Source of the DNA: a bacterium | GTDB lineage: Bacteria > Patescibacteriota > Microgenomatia > Daviesbacterales > UBA10151 | DNA length: 64,000 nucleotides | Direction: 5' to 3' | NCBI GenBank assembly: GCA_021786315.1 | Contig: JAJYNN010000002.1 | Span: forward strand, 334,997 to 398,996 | Shown: piece by piece, positions 1 to 8,350 of the stretch | Layout of the letters: the number at the start of each line of letters is the position of its first letter | Numbering within the stretch: the stretch's first letter is position 1 | Notes under the pieces: model-generated | The model's database searches: none | What the model was told of the DNA's origin: nothing | The model's input: the letters and a program-made list of their open reading frames with translations, nothing else | Position numbers and translations under genes: made by a program

Positions 1-11
1 AACTACAGGCG

Positions 12-512
12 ATGAAAGTAGCTGTTTACGCAGGAAGCTTTGATCCGCCGACAAATGGGCATATGTATATTATCGAGCGGGCGAGTGCTTTAGTCGATAA
101 TTTGATCGTAGCTATTGGCGATAATGTCGGCAAAAAGGGAAAGAATAGGTTTGAGGTTCCGGAAAGATTGGCAATGCTTCGGGAGATTACGTCTAACATG
201 CCCAATGTAGATATTACCAGCTATCCCCTTGAGTACTTAATTAACTTCGTTGAATCGGTAGATGCTCGATATATTGTTCGAGGTTTGCGAAGTGAAGATG
301 ACTTTAAAGTTGAGGCAGCTCTGGATGAATTCAATATGGGGAAGAACGGCGAAGTTACTACTTTCTTCATCCGGACACCTGACAGTATGAACCGAATCAG
401 CTCCAGCTCGGTTATGGGATTAATTGGTTATGACGGATGGGAAAACGATGTTAGATGCAGAGTTCCTGAAGCAGCTTACAACCATATAGTTGCCGCGTAT
501 AAACCCGGTTAA
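12..512 (+). CDS. coaD: pantetheine-phosphate adenylyltransferase
   Basis: YAGSFDPPTNGH motif, VRGLR, ISSS. Confidence 0.92.
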   Translation: MKVAVYAGSFDPPTNGHMYIIERASALVDNLIVAIGDNVGKKGKNRFEVPERLAMLREITSNMPNVDITSYPLEYLINFVESVDARYIVRGLRSEDDFKVEAALDEFNMGKNGEVTTFFIRTPDSMNRISSSSVMGLIGYDGWENDVRCRVPEAAYNHIVAAYKPG

Positions 513-530
513 ACCGTTATGGAAAGAATA

Positions 531-791
531 TTATTGTTTTGAAGGTTTGCCCTGGACCCTTCTTTTGCTTTTGATATCCGATTTGTTGCTTGCGACATCC
601 CCGGAACTTATTCCCGGTGTATACCCCGAATGTTCGCTGTAGCTTAAGTCGCCAGGTTCCTTGGGTGTTTCCATCCCTTTATCCTCGGTATCATCAAACA
701 TCACGTGTCCGGTTTCTTTAATGTGCCTATCCAGCTCATCCTCATCTTGAGCCTCAAAACCACAAACCGGGCATTTCCATTCTTCAGCCAT
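531..791 (-). CDS. small protein with C2H2-type zinc-finger-like motif
   Basis: CPVC-x12-H-x5-H at the N-terminus; GAGGTG SD upstream. Confidence 0.6.
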   Translation of the reverse strand: MAEEWKCPVCGFEAQDEDELDRHIKETGHVMFDDTEDKGMETPKEPGDLSYSEHSGYTPGISSGDVASNKSDIKSKRRVQGKPSKQ

Positions 792-875
792 ATTTTTCTC
801 ACCTCTTTTTAGACCTTAATATTTTTGGATAAAAAGGGGATAAAGTTTTGGTAAGTAAAATGTATAATATAATTA

Positions 876-1061
876 ATGGAAATTTCCGGAAATGACCCGA
901 ATAGGGTACAACCTGTACCAATAGTTCCAAAGATTGGGGGAGAACTTCCGAAAAAACAGCCGGATACGGAAAATCAGCAATCCGGAGGAGAAAATAACAA
1001 TCCTGACGTTACTGTTCCCAAAGACCCCAATATAGGCGGTAATGTTGATATCAGTGTTTAA
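876..1061 (+). CDS. hypothetical protein
   Basis: 61-aa ORF with TATAAT just upstream of the ATG. Confidence 0.5.
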   Translation: MEISGNDPNRVQPVPIVPKIGGELPKKQPDTENQQSGGENNNPDVTVPKDPNIGGNVDISV

Positions 1062-1130
1062 GCTTTTAGGTATGTCTTTAGGATTTAATACACGCGCCTG
1101 ACTTTTATCTTACCCAAGATCTCTATACTG

Positions 1131-1547
1131 GTGTCTTACAGGAATATCCGAGAAATTATGCCAGGTAACGATTCCCAAAACCAAGCCCCGCCGGCCCATT
1201 ATTACGGGGATATAGTCAGGATATGTTTTGTCACCGGGGCCCTTTTGATGCTTGTTACCCTGCCCTTTTTTGTGTCCCGTCTCCAATTGCCCTTATTCGG
1301 TTCGATTGTCTTTATTATTGTCCTTATTTTGTTTGCCGGGGCAACCACCCCCAAACAGCTATGGACGGTACTTTTGGATTGGATTATTTCTCTGACCGCG
1401 GTAATCATTTTTGAATATTACGCGGTGGCGACATATATAGGTAATTCCTTGTTTGACTGGTTTGTTTGGGTCAACCAACTTTTGGCAATTATCTTTTTTA
1501 TCGCCCTCTATTTTGCCACCAAAACCCTCCGGGCGTTTCTGATTTGA
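1131..1547 (+). CDS. hypothetical membrane protein (4 TM)
   Basis: four hydrophobic segments; start uncertain. Confidence 0.65.
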   Translation: MSYRNIREIMPGNDSQNQAPPAHYYGDIVRICFVTGALLMLVTLPFFVSRLQLPLFGSIVFIIVLILFAGATTPKQLWTVLLDWIISLTAVIIFEYYAVATYIGNSLFDWFVWVNQLLAIIFFIALYFATKTLRAFLI

Positions 1548-1562
1548 GATTTCTAGCAACTA

Positions 1563-2645
1563 TTATTTAAAGAGGTTTTCGGCATTTTGATAGGCATATT
1601 TTTCCTGGATATCTTTTGGCAGCCTACCTGTAAAAGCCCGGGCAAATTCCTCAAACAGCCGGGAAGTTTTCTCGCTGTAATGCCAGCCGACAAAGCGGTC
1701 GGTTCCCCAGCTAAAGCGGGTGGGGTATTTTTCCATCAGCGGTTTCCATAACCTTATTTCATCATTGAGGTTTTTATCAAAATCCTGTGTAAACATCTTG
1801 TCAAACTCGTCTTCCGTGGCAGTGACAAACTTCCCCTGGTAGGCATAAAGGGTGGCGGAATCAACGGAAAAGTAAATATTCGGATAAGTCGCCATCAGTT
1901 TATCCAGGCCATCCATACCAACCATGTCGCTGGCGGTCTGGTAGCCGTGAAGCATCATTTTGACATTAGGAAAAGCCTTGGCCGCGTTGGCCGTGTTTTG
2001 CAGTTGGTTATCACCCGGGTGGAACATCACCGGGAGGTGGTATTTGTCGGCTACCTTAAAAATGGCCATCATGTCCGGATCGTCGGGCTTGCCGCCGGTT
2101 GCATACAGGGCGATTTCCCCGATTCCGTCAAAAATGCCCGGATTGACTGCAAGGATAGCGTCAACTGCTGAGGCGCTAAAACCTTGGGGCTCCAAAAAGA
2201 GATGTAACCTATTGCCGGTCTGCTGCTTTAAAACCGGGGCATTGACCATTTTTTTGTGATAAAAAACATCCGGAAGAAAAGGGAAAGTGGAGGAAGTGTA
2301 GAAGGCGACCGCGCTCTCCGTCTGCTCCTCGTCAAAATGGCAGAGTATTTGTTCGACAGTTACATCTTTTTCCATTATCGGCAGGGGAATACCCATCATT
2401 TTTTGTGTCGGTCCAACGGGGGGCAAGGGCAAATGAAAATGGTCATCGAAAAACGGACCCGTGTAATACGGTCCGTCATTAAATTGGGGAGTAAAAGTCC
2501 GGCCGCAGGTTTTGCGGCCTGTCAAGTTTTCCGTATACGTTTTTGGTGTTTGTGAGACCACGGCCACAGCCGCTATCGCCAATATGACAAGAATTATGGG
2601 AATAATTAAAAGGATTTTGATAAAACCACGCTGATTACCGGGCAT
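1563..2645 (-). CDS. membrane-anchored amidohydrolase-family (TIM-barrel metallohydrolase) protein
   Basis: DDHFH, GIGEI, PVMFH, MMLHG and WGTD motifs; N-terminal TM; ATG at 2645 preferred. Confidence 0.75.
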   Translation of the reverse strand: MPGNQRGFIKILLIIPIILVILAIAAVAVVSQTPKTYTENLTGRKTCGRTFTPQFNDGPYYTGPFFDDHFHLPLPPVGPTQKMMGIPLPIMEKDVTVEQILCHFDEEQTESAVAFYTSSTFPFLPDVFYHKKMVNAPVLKQQTGNRLHLFLEPQGFSASAVDAILAVNPGIFDGIGEIALYATGGKPDDPDMMAIFKVADKYHLPVMFHPGDNQLQNTANAAKAFPNVKMMLHGYQTASDMVGMDGLDKLMATYPNIYFSVDSATLYAYQGKFVTATEDEFDKMFTQDFDKNLNDEIRLWKPLMEKYPTRFSWGTDRFVGWHYSEKTSRLFEEFARAFTGRLPKDIQEKYAYQNAENLFK

Positions 2646-2732
2646 TAATTTTACTATCCCACAAGTCTTTGAGGGTTGCAAGACTGCGGAAATGAGCTTC
2701 TAAATTAGGCAAGGAATTGCTAATATATTTCT

Positions 2733-3164
2733 ATGACCACCAACTTCAAAGCCAAGTTAGGCAGTACTTTAGGCTCAATACTGTCCGTTCTAAGCGCCGG
2801 TGGCGGCACTACCACTTCTGTCTGCCAGGCGACTTGCGTTGTGGCTCCGGCGGCTACGCCCTTTTTGGGGATATCACTGCTTTTTACCCCCTTAGTCTTT
2901 TTTACCCACTATCGGATATTGATTTGGTTGGCGGCCTTTCTCCTCTTTTTGCTGATGTTGGGGCTGACTTATTTTAAAAAGGTCCGCTCTAAAGCAGATT
3001 ACGGCCTGACTTGGCTAAACAGCGGATTGCTAATAATTAGCTTTCCCTTTTTCCAAAGTTTAAAATTGGAAACCTTTCTACACTGGTTGGGCGGAGCCGC
3101 AGTAGCAGTTGGCGTAGCATTGTTAATCAGCCGCTTTGTACCAGCTTTTTCTCGGCGAGCTTAG
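2733..3164 (+). CDS. membrane protein, MerC/MerT-like (CxxxC before TM helices)
   Basis: VCQATC plus 4 hydrophobic helices. Confidence 0.45.
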   Translation: MTTNFKAKLGSTLGSILSVLSAGGGTTTSVCQATCVVAPAATPFLGISLLFTPLVFFTHYRILIWLAAFLLFLLMLGLTYFKKVRSKADYGLTWLNSGLLIISFPFFQSLKLETFLHWLGGAAVAVGVALLISRFVPAFSRRA

Positions 3165-3224
3165 ATGACACCCCTGCTGTATCGTTTGACATTTGTCCCG
3201 TACTGTTAAAATAATTGATATACC

Positions 3225-3881
3225 ATGCTTGTACCCCCATTCCATTACCAGCTGAATAAATTAGTCCGCAGTTACATTGCCTCGGAGGTGTTAATTTGGT
3301 CGGCCTGGAACAGCGCCATGTCCATCATCGCCGTTTTTGCCACCAACAAGATTAAGGGAGGGGATGTGGCCATTGCCGCCACGGCTTTAAGCGTCCATTT
3401 AATGGTCCGGATGGGGGTGGAACTTTTTGCCGGTAAAGTTTTGTCTAATACCAATGAAACCAAAAAATTAGCGGTGGTGATTGCCGGAATATTCCTCATC
3501 AGCATAGCCTTTATCGGGTTTTCCTTTACCAGGTCAACTGCTCCTTTCTTTCTTTTTTACGCCTTGGCAGGGGTGGGGTTGGGAATTGCTGCCCCTTTAA
3601 AGAATTCACTTTTTGCGACCCACTTGGACAAAAACCGGGAAGCAATGGAGTGGGGAATTTATGATGCCTTAACTTTCATGGGCATGGCCGCTTCTTCGGC
3701 TATCGGAGGGGTGATTGCTAAGACTTACGGGTTTCAGATCCTGTTTTTGGTAGCAGCAGTAGTGAATTTAGGGGGAATTTTGCCTTATTACCTCTATGCT
3801 AAAAGGCGGCTGGATAAACTCATCCACAAGGACAAAGACCAGATGATCATCGAGAATTTGAATGAATTGGAAGAGGCTTAA
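3225..3881 (+). CDS. half-size MFS transporter (6 TM)
   Basis: MFS-like helices; LAGVGLG, IGGVIA..YGFQILF. Confidence 0.75.
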   Translation: MLVPPFHYQLNKLVRSYIASEVLIWSAWNSAMSIIAVFATNKIKGGDVAIAATALSVHLMVRMGVELFAGKVLSNTNETKKLAVVIAGIFLISIAFIGFSFTRSTAPFFLFYALAGVGLGIAAPLKNSLFATHLDKNREAMEWGIYDALTFMGMAASSAIGGVIAKTYGFQILFLVAAVVNLGGILPYYLYAKRRLDKLIHKDKDQMIIENLNELEEA

Positions 3882-5065
3882 ACCATATCCAGCACCAGGC
3901 CGCCCCAGGTAAAATTCTCCGCTCCCTGACCCTCCCCGGTTAGGGGGTTAAAATGTTCCCGAAATCCGGATTTTTGGATCAAGGTCAGGGAAGATTCCTT
4001 GATCTCCCTGGCAATGTCCTTAAAGCCGTAATTCTGTAAGCCTTTGTAGATAAACCAATTGGTTCCGATCCATATTGGTCCTCTCCAAAAGCCGTCAGGG
4101 TTAAAAGATGGTTCGTCCAGGGAAGTTGTCGGTACCGGGTAGGGGGTCCGGAACTCTTTTTTATTGAGCAGGTGGCTTTCAACTAGGGTTTTGGCTTCCT
4201 GAGGGCTTAAAATATTGGCAAACAGCGGAGCAAAAATAGCCCAGGTCTTAACCTTAATTTTTTGATAATTTTTCCCGTAAGTGGACCAGAATATTCCGTC
4301 TTCAAACATCAGTTTCCTCATGGCCCCCGAAATATTTTCCGCTTTTTCGGCAAAATAGACAGCATCGTGCGGGTGCCCGACTTTTTTGGCCAGCTCAGAG
4401 AGAAGTTTGAGGTTTGTCACCATAATGCAGTTAAAAGGCACGTCTTTGACCCAGAAAAAGTTCCGCATACAAAAAGGGGCATCGAAGTTACAGCTGATGT
4501 TCTGCTTTACCAGCTCAAACCTCCTTTTAGTGTTTTCTTCCAGTGTTTGTTTGGGTGGTAGGCCTAAAGGTTTATCAAAGCGGGGGGAGTTGTCTTCACC
4601 CGACTCATCCGGGTTCATAATGCCGATAAGGTGTTTTTCATGGGGATCACGTTCAGTTAGCAGGTACCTGTAAAAATGGTACAGGCCGGGGTAGACGGAT
4701 TTTACAAACTGTAAATCCTTATCTTTCTGGAAAATTTCCCAGACGGAATAAGCAATCATTGGGGGTTGGGTGAGGGTGCTGGTGCCGTTTTTACCCCATT
4801 TGATCAGGGGAAATTTGGTTTTATTGGGGTGGTTCCAATAAATCATATGGGGGATCATGCCGTTATCAAACTGTTTGGCAATCAGGGAAAAAATTTCCCG
4901 TTTGGCGCTGCTGCTGCTGAAGTGGTTTAGGATAACGGCATGGAAACAGGAATCCCAAAACCACTGGTAAGGATAAGAGACGGGAGAGGGGACGGTGTAC
5001 TGGAATTTTCCTCTGTGTCGGCGGTTTTTTAAAAGTACCTGCTGGCAGGCAATTGGCAAATTCAT
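3878..5065 (-). CDS. glycoside hydrolase, GH63/MGH1-like (alpha/alpha)6 (trehalase/glucosidase)
   Basis: YPYQWFWDSCF, TQPP, ESGEDNSPRFD, FWRGPIW, GFREHFNP. Confidence 0.85.
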   Translation of the reverse strand: MNLPIACQQVLLKNRRHRGKFQYTVPSPVSYPYQWFWDSCFHAVILNHFSSSSAKREIFSLIAKQFDNGMIPHMIYWNHPNKTKFPLIKWGKNGTSTLTQPPMIAYSVWEIFQKDKDLQFVKSVYPGLYHFYRYLLTERDPHEKHLIGIMNPDESGEDNSPRFDKPLGLPPKQTLEENTKRRFELVKQNISCNFDAPFCMRNFFWVKDVPFNCIMVTNLKLLSELAKKVGHPHDAVYFAEKAENISGAMRKLMFEDGIFWSTYGKNYQKIKVKTWAIFAPLFANILSPQEAKTLVESHLLNKKEFRTPYPVPTTSLDEPSFNPDGFWRGPIWIGTNWFIYKGLQNYGFKDIAREIKESSLTLIQKSGFREHFNPLTGEGQGAENFTWGGLVLDMV

Positions 5066-5083
5066 CTAACTTTATTATACATA

Positions 5084-5111
5084 TTGACAAACAAGGCGCT
5101 TAATATACTAT
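5084..5111 (+). promoter_or_regulatory. sigma70-type promoter for treT
   Basis: TTGACA-16 nt-TACTAT. Confidence 0.5.
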
Positions 5112-5205
5112 GAGAATAGTTAGCCAAAACGACTGGCTTTTAAGCACATTGTTTCTGCCCGAAGCAGCATAAAGCAATGTGCTTGTTGTTTGGAAAAATA
5201 TCTTT

Positions 5206-6735
5206 ATGGATATAACGGGAGGCAATTTAGGATTTAACGGTCACCATCAGGCAACAAAGGCTTTTACTTGTGATGAAGTTTTTTTAAAACATATCGATCC
5301 CCAAACCGGAGAGGTTGAAGTATCAAGTCCGGTAATAAAATTAAATGATTATTTATCCATTACGCCACCGGAGGATAGGCTCCGCTTATTAGGACTGGCA
5401 AATTCCCTAAAAGGAAGGAAGATCTCTTTTGTTAACGCCACCGCCGCGGGCGGGGGTGTTGCCATTATGCGCACCGCGCAAAGATTTTTACTGAAAGAAT
5501 TGGGGGTTGATGTCCGTTGGTTTGTTACTGAACCCAATGAGGAAGCTTTTAAGATTACTAAAGGTTGTTTCCATAACGTTTTTCAGGGAGTGGCGGATAA
5601 TTGGCTGACCGATGCGGATATGGAAATTTACCGGCAATGGACCGGCCATAATGCCCAAAGAATGGAAGCCGAGCTGGCAAAATCGGATATAGTGGTAATT
5701 GACGATCCGCAACCTTCAGGTTTGATTCCGCATATCAAAAAAATAAACCCGAACGTGAAGATTATTTTCCGCAACCATATTCATAGTTTGGGTAATCTAA
5801 TGGGCAAAAAAGGCACTGTCCAAAACCATTCCTGGCAATTTCTCTGGAAAAATGGAATCTCCCGGGCTGATTTATACGTTTATCACCCGGTGGAAGACTT
5901 TATACCGGCCAATGTGGCACCGGAAAAAACCGTGCTTATGCCTCCTTCGACAGATCCTTTAGACGGATTAAACAGGAATTTAACGGATGAAGAGATTCGC
6001 CGGGGGTTGGAATTTATCAACGAAAAGCTGGAGTTAAACGGCCATCAAAACCCTATTGACCTAGGCCGCCGTTACATTACCCAGATTGCCCGATTTGACC
6101 CCTCTAAAGGAATTCCTGACGTCCTGGAAGCTTACAGTTTATTTTATAAGAAAATGACGGAAAACGGTTTTACTAAAGCATCTATCCCCCAGTTGGTTAT
6201 AGCCGGCAACGGTTCAGTTGATGACCCGGACGGGATACCTGTTTTGGAAGACACGATGAAAAAACGGGAACATAGATATAAGGATATTGCTGATGATATT
6301 AAAGTGGTAAGAATTCCCCATAACGACCAGGCGCTTAATGCTTTACTTAGGGCAAGCTTCATTGTTTTACAGTTGTCTACCCGGGAAGGATTTGAATTTA
6401 AGGTGACCGAGGCAATCATGAAAGGCAAACCGGTTATCGCGTCAGAGGTGGGAGGCATTCCTCTTCAGATTATTCCTGGCGAGTCCGGTTATGTGGTCAA
6501 ACCGGGAGATACCCGGCAAGTGGCGGAACACCTGTTTTCTCTGGTCACTCAACCGGAAATGTATCGCCGTCTAAGTACAGGTGCTTTAAGACTTGCCTCC
6601 GCCAAAAATTACGAGTTTACAACTGTTCCCAATCTTATCAACTGGCTATGGCTGTTTAGGGAGCTTCTGGAAAATCCGGACTTTAAAGGCAACAGACAAA
6701 ATGTAAAGGACTTGGTTGACGGCGGCCGTTTATAA
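5206..6735 (+). CDS. treT: trehalose synthase TreT (GT4 glycosyltransferase)
   Basis: NAT..GGGVA, FHNVFQG, IDDPQP, IARFDPSKG, DDPDG, EGFEFKVTEA; ATG at 5206 preferred. Confidence 0.85.
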   Translation: MDITGGNLGFNGHHQATKAFTCDEVFLKHIDPQTGEVEVSSPVIKLNDYLSITPPEDRLRLLGLANSLKGRKISFVNATAAGGGVAIMRTAQRFLLKELGVDVRWFVTEPNEEAFKITKGCFHNVFQGVADNWLTDADMEIYRQWTGHNAQRMEAELAKSDIVVIDDPQPSGLIPHIKKINPNVKIIFRNHIHSLGNLMGKKGTVQNHSWQFLWKNGISRADLYVYHPVEDFIPANVAPEKTVLMPPSTDPLDGLNRNLTDEEIRRGLEFINEKLELNGHQNPIDLGRRYITQIARFDPSKGIPDVLEAYSLFYKKMTENGFTKASIPQLVIAGNGSVDDPDGIPVLEDTMKKREHRYKDIADDIKVVRIPHNDQALNALLRASFIVLQLSTREGFEFKVTEAIMKGKPVIASEVGGIPLQIIPGESGYVVKPGDTRQVAEHLFSLVTQPEMYRRLSTGALRLASAKNYEFTTVPNLINWLWLFRELLENPDFKGNRQNVKDLVDGGRL

Positions 6736-6756
6736 AACTTTTTTTACATTTATCCT

Positions 6757-6972
6757 TTACTTTTTGGATTTTTTCCCGGATAGGGTAAAGGCATGATATG
6801 CCAGGCACCAGGGAATCAAAACTCCGAAGATACTGACCCACATCGGCACTGTCCATTCATTTATGACTACCGTCCAGCCTTGGAAAAGGCGGATCAGGTG
6901 CACAAGCCCGACAACAGCAAAAATGAGTCCGGTAATTTGCAGGTATGATTTTAGAGATAACATCTTTCTCAC
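6757..6972 (-). CDS. small 2-TM membrane protein
   Basis: hydrophobic ORF, HLIRL motif. Confidence 0.65.
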   Translation of the reverse strand: MRKMLSLKSYLQITGLIFAVVGLVHLIRLFQGWTVVINEWTVPMWVSIFGVLIPWCLAYHAFTLSGKKSKK

Positions 6973-7105
6973 CCCCCCAATTTAAATATTCCACAAGTCT
7001 TGAATAGGGTCAAGCCGGATACTACTTATCAGAGAAACTTAAAGGTGGAAAGTGGTGTGTGGTTAGATCTTGTCAACTTTTTAAAAAAGTGCGACAGTAA
7101 AGTTA

Positions 7106-8350
7106 ATGGTTTGGAAGAGGTTTTTAAGCTGGAAGATAATTCTTGTCCCCATTGGAATTTTTGCCGTTATTTTCGCGGTGAAGGCTGCAGGCCATGCTTT
7201 TGATCGCTACCGCTACTCAAAGGAAGTAGGTAATAAAACTATTTTTCAATATGGTGAGCTGCCTGCTTGCGGGGATAAAAAGGAGTTTTTTACGGTCTCA
7301 CCGGTCAAGGATGGTCTTTACAGCAACATTGTGCCTTTAGGAAATTTTGGCGCCACGGGTGGCCATGTTATTCCCACCAAACACATTTACTTTATTGCCA
7401 AGGACCCCGACCACCAGCCTCTGACCGATATTTATGCACCAGGGGATTTGCACATCACCACCATTGAGCAGTGGCATAATTTGACTAAAAATCTTACGGA
7501 ATACTTTGTTTATACTTCTCCTTGTCAGGACATAGAGGTTAATTTTTATCATTTTAATGAACTTAGCCCAAAACTTATGGAAGCTTTTAATAAAAAAACC
7601 AGTTGTGATTGGCAGCGTTCCGAACAAACAGGGAATACTTCTTATCAGCATTGCGGGAAAGTTCTCCATGGGGTGACGGTTGCGGCGGGGGAAGTTTTAG
7701 GCAAGGCTACCCCGGCTAACAAAGGCGGCATTAGACAATTTTTTGATTTTGAAATGTCCGACCACCGGACACAGGCTCTAGCCTTTGCCAACCCCAAGCG
7801 TTTTGAAGGCGGCTTTGATTTTAAACATATTGTTTGTCCCCTGGATTACTTTACTCCTGCTCTCAAGCAGAAGTTCTTTTCCCAAATAGCCGATTATTAT
7901 AACCCGAATCTAAAGAGGACTGCCCGGCCTTTATGTGGCGAATATATGCAGGATGTACCGGGAACAGCCCAGGGAGTCTGGTTTAAAAATAATTCCGATA
8001 CGGCTGATAACGGAGAAAATTCTGCCGTGACTTTGGCCCATCATAATGTTTTAACCCAAAAAGGAATTTTTTCTATCGGCACCCAAGCTATGGGCACAAT
8101 CGAAGCGGGGGAGTACCCGTTTGTTCCACAGCTTTCCGGCCTAATAAACCGTGATTTCAAGGATGTTACCGCTGACGGAAAAACTTATTGCTTTGAGCCT
8201 ACCGGTTTGACCGGCACCTACAACTATCCTTTTCGGATCATTTTACAGATGACCTCACCGACAAAGCTGAAGATTGAGGGCCAAAAGGTTCAGGGTTGCG
8301 GCTCTGGCCCCTGGAACTTTGACAATGGTGCCAGTGAGTTCGAAAGGTGA
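7106..8350 (+). CDS. secreted/membrane-anchored hypothetical protein
   Basis: N-terminal TM, 414-aa ORF with paired Cys. Confidence 0.7.
   Translation: MVWKRFLSWKIILVPIGIFAVIFAVKAAGHAFDRYRYSKEVGNKTIFQYGELPACGDKKEFFTVSPVKDGLYSNIVPLGNFGATGGHVIPTKHIYFIAKDPDHQPLTDIYAPGDLHITTIEQWHNLTKNLTEYFVYTSPCQDIEVNFYHFNELSPKLMEAFNKKTSCDWQRSEQTGNTSYQHCGKVLHGVTVAAGEVLGKATPANKGGIRQFFDFEMSDHRTQALAFANPKRFEGGFDFKHIVCPLDYFTPALKQKFFSQIADYYNPNLKRTARPLCGEYMQDVPGTAQGVWFKNNSDTADNGENSAVTLAHHNVLTQKGIFSIGTQAMGTIEAGEYPFVPQLSGLINRDFKDVTADGKTYCFEPTGLTGTYNYPFRIILQMTSPTKLKIEGQKVQGCGSGPWNFDNGASEFER

Noticed and set aside
5038-5049. CCTGCTGGCAGG palindrome as a REP-like insert
   Set aside because: A single imperfect 12-mer within a plausible N-terminus; too little support.
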